Source of the DNA: Lama glama
Lineage: Eukaryota
Direction: 5' to 3'
Assembly (NCBI GenBank): GCA_028534125.1
Contig: CM052816.1
Span: 6,822,001 to 6,886,000, forward strand
Length of the DNA stretch: 64,000 nt
Shown one piece after another: positions 12,040 through 23,859 of the stretch; position 1 is the first letter of the stretch, and each line of letters starts with the position of its first letter. A program made the position numbers and the translations under genes. The notes beneath the pieces were generated by a model, which was not told where the DNA came from, did no database searches, and saw nothing but the letters and a program-made list of their open reading frames with translations.

Positions 12040-13789
12040 GTCTTCACTGATGAAAATGAATGTTTCAAATCTCTGCATTTCTCTGGAGAGCTTCCATATG
12101 AAAATCACCAGGTAGGCAAACTTTAGCAGGGTCTCATAAGTACCAAATCAAAAGATGCTATGTCTCCTATGGTTTACTATGAACCACCAAGAAACAAACA
12201 AAATTAGCGCTACAGGCTAATCTATGATGTTGTCAATCTGCAAGAAGAGACACTTTACTACCTTTTAATACTGATCTTGTAAAGAATCATTTCATCTGTT
12301 GATGAAGATTAAAACAGGGTTTTACAAGTTAGCTGCCCTAGGGAACTATCCGATGGGCAGGCCCCCTGTCTCCATGCTTCAAACTCAGCTTGATTATTAT
12401 TATGGTGCATATTTTTATCCTCCCATAAGGTTAGAGTGCTGAAGAAGATGGTTTTGCATGGCTGTGTAAACACCATTTTTGCTTCCCAGGATGACAGCGA
12501 AGGGGGGAATCTCATAACAGCATTAGCATTTTCACTTACTGAGCACCTTTTACTGAAATACCCAATTAATACTTTGCCTAAGATATATTCATTTCTACTC
12601 CATGACACCCTGGAGAGGTAAGGTATTATTAAATTCATCCAGCAGCTCCACAATGGGGATTATGAAACTGAATGTCAGGTCAACCAAGAAGGGTTTAGAA
12701 TGACACTAGCAAAAGTTGGAGCACAAACAATTGGTTCCCCTCTCAGGTGTGAACCACTCTCTCATTCCTAAGGAGGAAAATTCCAACAACTAAGAAGCAC
12801 AAGACCATACCCTCTACTGCATCTATTTTATCCATGTCTAAGCCTTAAAGATCCAATTTACCATTATTTGTTTTTCCATGCCTCTCTGACTACCTTCATT
12901 TAAGTCAACCTGAGGTACCCTTGAAACTCCACAAGCAGAGTTGATACAATTTGTCAGGGTTCATTCCCATTGAACACCCAGTATTTCCACATTATCTCTA
13001 TCTCTTAAGGCCAGTGTCATCTCTCCCCTGGAGTCTTCTCGTATCCCTCCTCTAGCCTTTGATTTACACCTTTTTTTATGATTTAGACAGAAATCTACAA
13101 TGAAAAGTAGAAAGTCACATGCATCAGATCCTTCCAAGATTGAAACTTTCTTGAAGGCACAGTTCATGTCCATTTATTCTGCATATCCCTCACAGCACCC
13201 AGATCAATGTTTGATTCTATATAGCTTCTCATTAAAGATGGAATGAGTGAACTAATTTACACTATAGGAATGGACGTCACCTTTTCCTCCACTGTGGTTT
13301 CTGGAGAATAACAGCACAATATCACATGCTATTTTCTGCCAAGACGCTTAGCCTGACTATTCTTTAATTCTACAACACAAAAGCCATAAATGTGGCTTTG
13401 AACAGTATCAGTGTGTAGAAAATTTGAACAGAGAGTGTGAACGGTGTTCACAACTCATTTACCCTATACAGAATATTTAGCCTCTAACCTTCAGAAGATG
13501 GAAAAATAATAATTCCGTAAATTTCTATAGCTCTTTTCATAGTCTTTATTTTATGCGATCTTTCTCAGAAGGTATTCTGTATTATTCCCAACTTTAGAGA
13601 TGAGGCAGGTGAGATTACATGAAGTTAAATGAGTTGCACAAGTATAAATCACTGGTTGGTGGTAAGCTGGGGTGGGATCCCAGGTATCTGATTCTAAATC
13701 TAACACTTCCCCCTTCACCATTAGTTAAAAAGAAGTAATCCACCATTCTGCTATTGAAAATTATATTTAAGACTTACTGCTCGTTAAAT

Positions 13790-14034
13790 AAGTATTTATT
13801 CCATGGCTTCTTTGTAGCCTAACACCAGGCATGGAAGAAGAAACTGAGTGAGCATCATCTCCATTCCTAATGAGTTCACAGTCTGATCAGGGAAACCAGT
13901 AAGTCAGTCAGAAACTACAGGGTGTTATGTGCTGTGATCACAGTGTGTATGTGGGTGGGGTATAAACTTAGAGAAGAAGGATCTCAACTAGTTATGGGGA
14001 GCCGGAGCTTGAGGGAGCAAGAAGAATGGGCAGG
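13790..14034 (-). mobile_element. L2 3' end; L2-like sequence resumes at about 17450-17900 after the L1
   Basis: aataagtatttatt...gagttcacagtctgatcaggg is the antisense L2 terminus. Confidence 0.55.
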
Positions 14035-17000
14035 AGGAGAGTGACACCATTAAAATGGTGGAGTCGGAAGCCGTCCTCCTCCTACCACCGCAATTCATGG
14101 ACAAATCCCTTTGTGAAAAATCAGAAACTAACTAAAAGGTTCCTGCACCCGGGGAGAATGTGAAGCCAGACTCATCGAGGCCAGTAGAGAGATTCAGAAC
14201 GTCCTCCTGCTGGAGACCCTGCCCCCGGCACAGTACCATACAATCAGGAAGAGACCCCCAAGCTCCCAGCTTTACCCAGGAGAGGGAGATGGTTGGTTTA
14301 TATGTCTAGTATCCCAAACTCTTCCAACCAAGCTCCCAGAGGACTGGCTTGTAGCTTGCCAGTTTTAGAGCTCTGACAGGTCTAGTGTAGGTTAGCTGCC
14401 TCAGGGAGAACAAAGGCTGCAGCTTAGGCTAGCAGATGCCATTGATTCCCTTCTCCCAACCCACCCCCGCTCAGCACAAGGTGAGTGGATGAAAAGACCC
14501 AGCTCTCATCTTCCTCCTGGGGGAAAGAACTGATCTATGCATCAGCATGCCAACTCCTTCAAGACTGCCCAAAGAACTAGTACATGCCTCACCAGTCCTA
14601 TCACTCTAATGGGTCCAACACAGTTTAGCTTCCTAAGAACAGAGGCAGAGGCTTGGGCTTATAGATGCCATAATTGCCCCCACCTCCTGCTGAGCACATA
14701 AAAATTATAGCTATCTGCTTCTTCCTGGGAAAGGAAAGAGTTTCTAGAGGTTCCTAGAATCTCTAGCTGGGCTGACTGGAGGAGGTTTTCTCCTGTACAA
14801 GACTAATCCATAAAGACTGGGAGAGGTGACCACTTGATCTGATCCACACACTAACAGAGTCAAAGAAAATGATGAATCAAGCAAAGATGTGTCAAACAAA
14901 GGAACAAGCTAAATCTTCAGAAACTGATCCTAATAAAACAAAGCTATATGATTTACCTGACACAGAACTAAAAATAACACTCATAAAGGTGCTCATCGAG
15001 GTCAAGAGAACAATGCATAAACAAAGGAAGAAGAATATCAACAAGGAGATAGAAAATAGCAAAAAGTAGCAATCAAAAACCAAAGAGCAAGAGAACACAA
15101 AACTGAACTGAAAAATTCACTACAGGGGTCAACAACAGACCAGATAAGCAGAATAAAGTATCAATTAACTCAAAGACAAGCCCTGGAAATAATTTAATCA
15201 GAGAAACAGTTAGGAAATAAAAAAAATAATGAATAAAGCTTAAAGGACTTGTGAGAACCATCAAATCAACCAATACACTCTTTTTTCCCGAAGGAGACAA
15301 GGAGAAAGGACCAGAAAGCTTATTCAAAGAAATAATGGCTGAAAACTTCCCAAATCTACAGAAGGAAATGGGCATCCTGATCCAAGAAGCCCAAAGGAAA
15401 CCAAATAAAATGAAAAGAAATTCATACCCAGACACATTATAATCAAACTGTCAAAAGACAAAGAGAGTTTTGAAAGCATCAAGAGAAAAGCCACTTGTCA
15501 CATACAAGGGAATCACCATAAGACTATGAGCAGATTCTTCAGCATAGATCTTGAAGGCCAGAAAGGAGTGGGATGATATTTTCAAAGTGCTGAAAGGAAA
15601 ACTGCCAATCAAGAATTCTATATGCAGAGAAACTGCCTTCAAGAATGAAGGAGAGATAAAGATTTTCCCAGGCAAACAAAAGTTCTTCAAGCTGAAATGA
15701 AAAGATATTAAACAGGAATACAAAAGCGTAAGAAAGTTTGAAACTCATTGGTAAAGGTAAACATGTAGAAAAACAAGCTATATTACTGAAATAGTAGTGT
15801 GTAAATCACTTTTAAATTCAGTACAAAGATTAAAAGATAGAAGTATTTAAAGTAACTATCACTTTAAAATGTTAAAAGGTAGACAGTGTGAATAGTTGTA
15901 AACTGCGGCAACAAAAACATAAAGTGTTAGGGATTAAAATGTAGAGTTTTGTATGCAGTGGAACTTAAATTGTTATCACTTTAAAATGGACTGTTAAGAT
16001 ATTTTATGTAAGTCCCAAGGTAATCATATGCAAAAAAAATAACTGTATAAGCTATGCAAAAGAAAAATAGAAACAAAGCATGTCAATATAAAAACCCATG
16101 AACACAAAGAAAAGCAGTAAGAAAGGAAAAGACAGACAAAAGAGTTACAAAACTAACAAAAACTAACAAAATGGCAGTAATAAATCCTTCCCTTTTAATA
16201 ATTACTTTAAATGTAAATAGATTAAGTTCTCAATCAAAAGACACATAGGTAGGCTAAATAGATAAAAAGTAAGACCCAACTATGTGCTGTCTACAAGAAA
16301 TTCACTTTAGACTTAAAGAAATGTATAGACAGAAAGAGAAACGTTGGGAAAAGAATCCATGGCAACAGTAACCAAAAGAGAGTAGGGCTGGCTATACTTA
16401 TATCAGACAACGTAGGAAATAAGTCAAAAACTCACAAGAGACAAAGAAGGACACTGTGTAAAAATTCAATCCACCAGGAAGATATAACAATTAAATATAC
16501 ATTTGCACCCACCATTTGAGTACCTAAATATGTAAAGCAAACAACTAAAGGGAGAAACAGAAACAATACAATAATAGATTTCAGTACCCCATTTTCAATA
16601 ATTGATAGAAAGTCCAAAGAGGAGATCAATAAGGAAACAGAGGACTTGGAAAAATTAGAGAACAAAAGAAACTTTCAGACATAAAGAGAACATTCTACCC
16701 ACCAACAGCAGAATCCACATTATTCTCAAGCACATATGGATTTTTCTCCAGAAGAGATCACATTTGAGGTCACAAAACAAGCCTTAACAAATTTAAGAAG
16801 ACTGAAATCATACCAAATATCCATCCTGAACACAATGAAATGAAACTAGAAATCAACAGTTGAAGGAAAACTAAAAAATTCAAAAATACATGAAAATTAA
16901 CTCACTTTCTTTGTATAACCATTGGGTCAAAGAAGAAATAAACAAGGAAATTAGAATAGACCTCAAGACAAATGAAAACAAAAACATAACATACCAAAAC

Positions 17001-17448
17001 ATATGAGATGCAACAAAAGTAGTATTACAGGGAATTCATAACAATAAATTACTACATTAAAAAATAAGAAAGAAAAAATCAAATAAACAATCTACCTCAA
17101 GTAATTAGGAAAAGAACAAACTAACTTCATGTCAGCAGGAAAAAAGGAAATAAAGACTAGAGCAGAAATTAATGAAACAAAGTAAAAAAGAGCAGAAAAA
17201 GTCAGTAAAACTGAGTTGTTTTTTTTTAAAGATAAATAAAATGAACAAATTCTTAGCTAGACTAACCAAAAAAAGAGAGAGAAAACTCAAATAAATAAAA
17301 TCAGAAATGAAAGAAGAGACACTAAAACTGATGCCACAGAAATAAAAAGGATCATAAGAGACTTCTACAAACAATTATGCATCAACAAATGGATAACCTA
17401 GAAGAAATGCATCAATTCTGAGAAACATACAATATACCAACACTGAAC
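14035..17448 (+). mobile_element. Old L1 (L1M-type) retaining 5'UTR, ORF1 and the endonuclease part of ORF2; 3' half absent
   Basis: 5' start gtgacaccattaaaatggtggag; ORF1 remnants (PEGDKEKGPESLFKEIMAENFPNL at 15251-15442); ORF2 start atggcagtaataaatcc at 16171 with endonuclease-type sequence; many stops and frameshifts. Confidence 0.9.
14869..15720 (+). pseudogene. Degenerate L1 ORF1p
   Basis: ORF fragments 14869-15069 and 15251-15442 resemble L1 ORF1p coiled-coil and RRM regions. Confidence 0.8.
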
Positions 17449-19184
17449 AGTAGTGCTACAGAAACCAAGAGAGATGGTCAATGGCAAATGCCACAGAGGC
17501 TAGGAAGGAAAAGGGCTGAAGATATCCACAGGACTTGGAAACAAAGATGTTATTACCAGTTAGCAGGAACATTTTCAAGATGTGTGGGAGGAGTAATTGG
17601 GTTCTGATGAACTGGCTGTAATAAAAATGCTGAAAACCAGGGTCAACTTTTGAAGAAAACTAACCATTAAGGGGAGGAAATAAATTAGGCTGCAATTCGT
17701 GGGGAATGTGGGATTGATGATATTTATTTACAAAAGAAAAAGACAAGTATTATGGAGGTGGCAACTGAGGGTAAGACCACAAAGTGGATGACTGGCAGAA
17801 CAAGGTTCACAAGGGAGTGATGGAGGATGGTACTGAAAGACAGGCAAACGTATTACCCTTGACCAGGGGAAAGAATTTCTCTTTACCTGAGATAAGGAGG
17901 AAGGAGGAAAGTTATATGGAAGGAGATAAGCTTGTAGATATCAAGAAAGGCAATTGATGGAGCTAAATGATGGAGTACATCTTCTCAGTGAAATATTTAG
18001 GGTTATCCACTGAGTATAAAAAGAAACATAACAGAAACAGGCATTTTCAGGAAGAGGTAAAATTGTGTAAAAGCATGGAAGAAAACCAGAGGAGCGATAT
18101 GATTTGGTACTTGTGGAAGGATTGCCAAGCTGCATGGAGGATCCAGCTGAGACTGAAAACCCCTAGAAACAATTACTATATTATACTCCAGATTGTCACT
18201 GTCTGCATGGATGGAGTACATGCTATCATTAATACTCTCTCAGTCCATCTTTTTGGAATCAAAGACATGAATTTGCAGAAGAGCTGACCAGTTTTAAGGC
18301 AACTATGCTTGGCTACAAATGATGTTGTTCCTAAAATATTTTTAATGAAGTCTAAATCTTCTAACTTACCCTCATCAGCACAGTCCTCTATCTTCCTTAG
18401 CTAAGAAGCCCAGGATAACTGGTTCCTTTCCAGTTATTATTCTCAAATGCACATTATTTGGGAATGGTAGCCTTCACCAGCCAGGCACACAAACCCAAAG
18501 ACACTAATGTGTTATTTACATTGCTGTTAAATTCGACAGGACCCTTGGGTTCAGAAGATTCAGCAGCTATTCAAGCACATGTCTACATCTCTCTTTAACT
18601 TGGCCCTCAGTCGGTCTTAAGATGAAGCTGATGCTCGAGGACTAAAATGGACTGGGAAGTATTTCTCCTGTCTTTGGTATTGGTATGTGGACTTTTGTCC
18701 TTGAATTCATAGTAGTCAGTCTACTGTGACTTAACTGGAGAAATTTGGTATTCAGTCATCCAATGTGTTGATGCAGTCAACTGTTATCTATCTACTACAT
18801 GCCAAGTGCCCTGCTAGGAGCTCAGGATGCACCTGTATATCAAACAGACATGACCCCTGCTTCTGTGAACCTTTCAGTCTAATGTAAGGAAAGTCCGTCT
18901 TACTGATAAGTTCACCAATAAAAGGGTCATTGAGAGAAAGAGAGGATATCCATTGAAAAGTTGACATGAATAAGAAAAAGGACACTTGAACTGGGACTGT
19001 GAGCTGAAATTGATGGTCTAAAATTCTACTTTTTGACAGTATAAGTCATGATATTAGATGGTTTGCTGGCCTTGAAGAGTTTCTTCATCTTTCCCATCCT
19101 CATACCAAGCTTAAGGAGGAAGTCTAAGTGGTGGGTCTGAATGATAGCTCCTTATATACTTAGAATACTATGTAAGAACTAAGA

Positions 19185-19420
19185 AACATAGACTCCTATA
19201 TTTAGAAAGAAATTCATAAATCAGTTTAATTCCCTTTTGGTGCTTGAATCTCCCATATAACATTCCCACCAAGTAGCCATCCAATCTCTGAATACTTCCT
19301 GTAATAAGGAACTTACTACCCCAAGGACAACCTATCTAATCCTAAAAAATCACTTCTTAATGTATGAACAGAATTCTTTCTGTGGCTTCTGCCCACTTAA
19401 TCCCTAATCTTACAGACATA
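19185..19420 (-). mobile_element. L3/CR1-like LINE fragment
   Basis: catccaatctctgaatacttcctgtaataaggaacttactacc motif typical of antisense L3. Confidence 0.45.
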
Positions 19421-22400
19421 GAGGTTTTAGCTATACATGATAAGCCAACAGGATTTGCGAGTAGGTGACGTCACTTACTAAAATCATCAGTACAGTTCTC
19501 AATCTTGGGCTTACTTATACACATTTCTGGGAGAAGCCAAGAGTGTGCAATCCTACTGCAACCCCTAGGGGAGGAAGGAACACACCACGAGTGTATATGC
19601 TGAAAATCAGTCACTCACAAAAGAAAGTCTAGCGTTAGAGATAGTCCAAGAGAAAAGAACGAGTGGTTCTCACCCGTCTGACAAGACGACAGACTTGATC
19701 TGTCTTGAGCCCAGCCCTCTCCATCTCTGACTCTCTCCTTTCCTATATTTAGTTCCTCTCTCAATCAACCATTATGTACTGCCTCCTGCATGCCAAGTAC
19801 TACGGCAGGTGCTCAGGACAAGGTCCATCACCTCACTCTCTTGACCCATGCAAGTAGACAGATCTCAAGATTCAGGTTTAGAACAGAAGGAAGTAAAAGT
19901 TCCCTTTAGATCTTGGGCTCCTGCTGTGCACCTAGCTCAGTCTGCTAGTGTTTTGCACTGGGGTAAAATGATGCCCCATTTACCAGTCCCTGTAACTATA
20001 ACTCCTTTGGGAGCCATTAGGAGTGAAGGATATTCAGAAAACAATGTAGACGTTCCTGTGTCCCCTAAGCAAATTCCACGTGAGACTATCGCAAATCTAT
20101 GTTTTCTTAAGCATATCCTTTATTACTGGAAGGTAGAGTAATTCTGACTCCAGTGGAATATCTCACAGTCCAATTTTTCCTAAGCTCAGTTTCTCACAGG
20201 TTTCTAGCTAGAGGGCAAACAAACACAGAAAGAATTCTCACTAAGAGCTCCATAAGCCATTGGGAAGCAAAGCTACACACATCCCAAGAGAAAGCTAAAG
20301 AAAAGGAGGGAGCATCTTTTCCCACTTTGCCCTGGAGTCCTATACAGGGGAGGTCCTTGGGACCCTAGTGCATTCACTTCATTGGCAGAAAATCTACTAA
20401 AAAACAATCTACTAACAGAAGTGAGAACTGATTCCTACACTGGTCCTGGGGTCTGCTGGGGCGTGCTGGGAGCAGTGACACCACAAAGCTCTCTTGGAGG
20501 CCATGGCGATCTGAGGAAATATCAGGGCTTGACAGGAGGTGGCCTGCCTCTGGTCATTCGGGGAACTGGTGAAGCAACTACTCCTGACCAATGAATACAG
20601 CAGAGCGTCAGCTATGAGCATCACAGAGGGTGTCCAGAAGGGAGAAATGGCAGATGCCAGGTAATAGCTGACCAGATTTATTTGTTAGCACATACGGGTC
20701 TCTCCCTGGGGACCCTCTGAAATAGCCTGAAGGGCCTTGCTGGGAGCTGGAGACACTCCATTAGCAGGTGTGGATGAAAGGGATTGCAATATGGGCTGTT
20801 ACCAATAACACTTCAGTCTAAAGAGAGAGTGAAGGGGCTTGGGGAAATCAAGATGATAAATTCAACAGAATCACAGACTAAGATGGGGGGATGGGAATAC
20901 AGAGATCCTGGAGTATGAAATCTTTATTGTTTAGGTGGACAAACTAAAACCCAGAAACAGACATGGGCAGAATCAAGGTCATAGCATCTGAGGACGTAGC
21001 ACAACAAGGACCAGGTTCCCATCTAGCATGTGGCCCTCCCCTGTCCCTGTGTGGGTCCCACATCTCTGATCAGACTAACCTGCATGGCTCTTGGTGATAA
21101 AAAATGCAGGACCTGGTATTTGTAGATGCAGAGTATATATGTGTAGATTGATGACTTAGACAGCAAAGCTGACTATTCATTTCTGTTTCTGCATTTTTAG
21201 CAGATCTTTGAAGGAAAGGGAGAAGGGGGAGACCAAAGGTCAAAGAGAGGCTGAGTTGCGCAAGCATGCTGAAGCCGAGCCTTCGTGATCCATAAGGGCC
21301 TGCTCCCCTGTCCTCTGTGCATGGGGGTCTTAGAAGTACAGGAGAAGGTAGGTCACAGGGTTACACGTGTGCATGCGTGTGTAATGTGACATATTGGTTT
21401 CTACACCGCAACTGATTTCTCTGTGTTTCTGATAGACGAGGGAAGAAAGGAGGGAGAATTTGGGCAAAGAAAAAATTTGTAGAGAGAATGTCTGGGATGC
21501 TGGTAATAAACAGGCAAGCGATAATGCCTTCCACAAATGGAGCCACTACAACCATAAAACACCAGCACCTGCCACACCAGCTTGACACAAGTCACCTGCC
21601 CAGCCTGCCTTCTGCGTGGCTCTATACCAGGCTGCTGCAGAGGCATCATGGGCTCCCGGGAAACTGCTGCCTGTCTGGTCCCCACCCAGAACCTGACTGC
21701 CTTCCTCCTCCTCACCACCAAGGGGACAGAGCACTTGCTGAGACAGGAGAAAAAGAGTTAAACTGCAATGGCCTGTCACTTCTACAAGGTTTCCAGGACA
21801 ACACTATGGAGACAGTGACACGTGAATTCTCTACCATGTATCTTTTGAGGCTGTGTCCTTTCTCCCACTCCCAGGATCTTCTCCATTATATGCCCTTGTC
21901 CAGGCCAGGACCTCCGCTTCTCCAGGTCTGCTCCCCAGCAGGCCTGAACTCCTTCATTTTCCTCCAAAGGGAGCCACGGCAGCTGAGAACTCACAACATC
22001 AGGTTTTATTTAACCCCTACAAGAGGCCAGGCACAACTCGCTAAGAGCTTGAACTGCACTGCCTTTTTTAACTCTCACAACAAATTAATGACGTAGATAC
22101 TGCAGTTAAGATGCTTGCTTTGCAAATCAGAAAAACAAGGCTTATTGTCAAATAGAAAGAGTACACTCCAAAAGTAAAGCCATTGGCCAGAGCCCATGCA
22201 TTTAAGCACCTTGTTATAGGTCTGCATTTTAACCAGGACCACTGACTTTGAGTCAGCAGGGATATATGCCCAAAAGGGCTTTTCTAGCCCTTGAAATCAC
22301 CTGCTTGAAATACCTCAGCCCCTTGAAATAATTAAGGTGCTCAGCCAGGACCCAGGTCCTTCCACAAAAACAATTCTCCCACTTTCATGGTAACCATACT

Positions 22401-23059
22401 AGTCTTTGTGCAACACTTGGTACTTTTCCTGTGTATTCTCCCACTCAATCCTCAAATTGGTCCTGTGATGTAGTTAAGGTAGTGATTAGTCTAATCTTAC
22501 AGATGAGGAAAGGAGGGCTCACCAGGGTGAGGGTGAGCAGGGTCACAGAGCTCATAAGCAACACAGCCCGGGCCAGAAGTCAGGTTTTGAGATTCTTTAT
22601 CAGCCCTCTTCTCCATCACACCCAGGTTTTGTTCAAGGATCTCACCTAGGAACAAGCAAAGATTTCCCACAAGCTAATCACCACACAAAGGGATTTCAAT
22701 CAGGTACTGCTTGGCAACAGCTAACAAAGGCCTTCCTTCTTTTCTTCTTTTTAACCAAGTCCTGGCGAATCAATCAGGACACTAGTGCAGCAAAGGCTTT
22801 CTATTCTCTCTGCCCCAGCCTCCACCCAGGGAGGAGGAGCAAGCAGAGGAGCAAGGGCTGAGCTTCTCACAAAGAGAGAGCAATTGACAAGATGTCCTTA
22901 AAGGGAAGGAAGAACCACAATGCCTTCATTAAAAAGGAGATGTAAACAGCTGTCTAGCCTTTTGAAAACACTCCCTGTTGGGAACAGGGATGACAAAGAG
23001 AAAAATGCAGCAAAAGGAAAGAACATCTAAATGAACAGGAGGCAGCTGTTCCAGGACAG

Positions 23060-23740
23060 GACTCTAGGATGTCAGTTATGAGTTTCAGATCCCTTGGTGG
23101 CTTCCTTATGTCAAAAAATGAAGTTCACATATATAGGTTTTTAATATTATTATTATAACCTAAAATAAATGAAGAGGTGGGTGAGGTAGAGGGAGAAATT
23201 AGACAACAAAGTTTCAAAAAAAGGCAAAATCTTAAAAGTAGGCATTATAAAAAAGTTAAGAATTATTAGATATTACAAATGAAGGTCTTTACTTCTTTGT
23301 TTACTGTTCCCCTAAGTATGTTCAGTGAGAGCAGTTACACTGGAATTTACATTTTCAAAAGAAACAGTTCATAAAATATGAAAAGTATCCTTAAATTTAT
23401 GAATATTGATGAATTTAAAAATCATCATTCTTTTTTAATTTTGCATTTAGGAATTTCTTCTTTGGACTCAGTCTTGAAAAATATTATCTCCAAGCAAAGT
23501 TATAAAATATAGCATAACGTAGAGAAAAAAAATCTTCCCAGTAGGATGTACATAAGATACTAATATGCATATGGTATCTATAAATATTTTAATCATTTCA
23601 TTTAATACTGAGTTGAAACATGAATGCATGAATATGTGAGACCTAAGCTGTAATAGCTGATCCCAAAAATGTTCACTTTATTTTTAAAATAAACAATATG
23701 TACAATAAAAATAAAATAAAGTCCAGGTGTTATCGCTAGT
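23060..23740. mobile_element. AT-rich probable DNA-transposon remnant (family not assigned)
   Basis: Abrupt AT-rich block unlike its flanks; resemblance to hAT-type internal sequence is impression only. Confidence 0.3.
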
Positions 23741-23859
23741 TTTACGACTCCCTTTCTCGATCATAAGCTCCCTTCCAGTTTTCTTTCCCACCACTCTCCT
23801 GCACGTTCTCCAGACTCCAACCAAAATGAACAACTATTCCCCATATGTACTTTAAGCCA

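Noticed and set aside
21488..22096. 202-aa plus-strand ORF
   Set aside because: No recognisable domain, no splice support, and the 3' end runs into a MIR; consistent with a chance ORF
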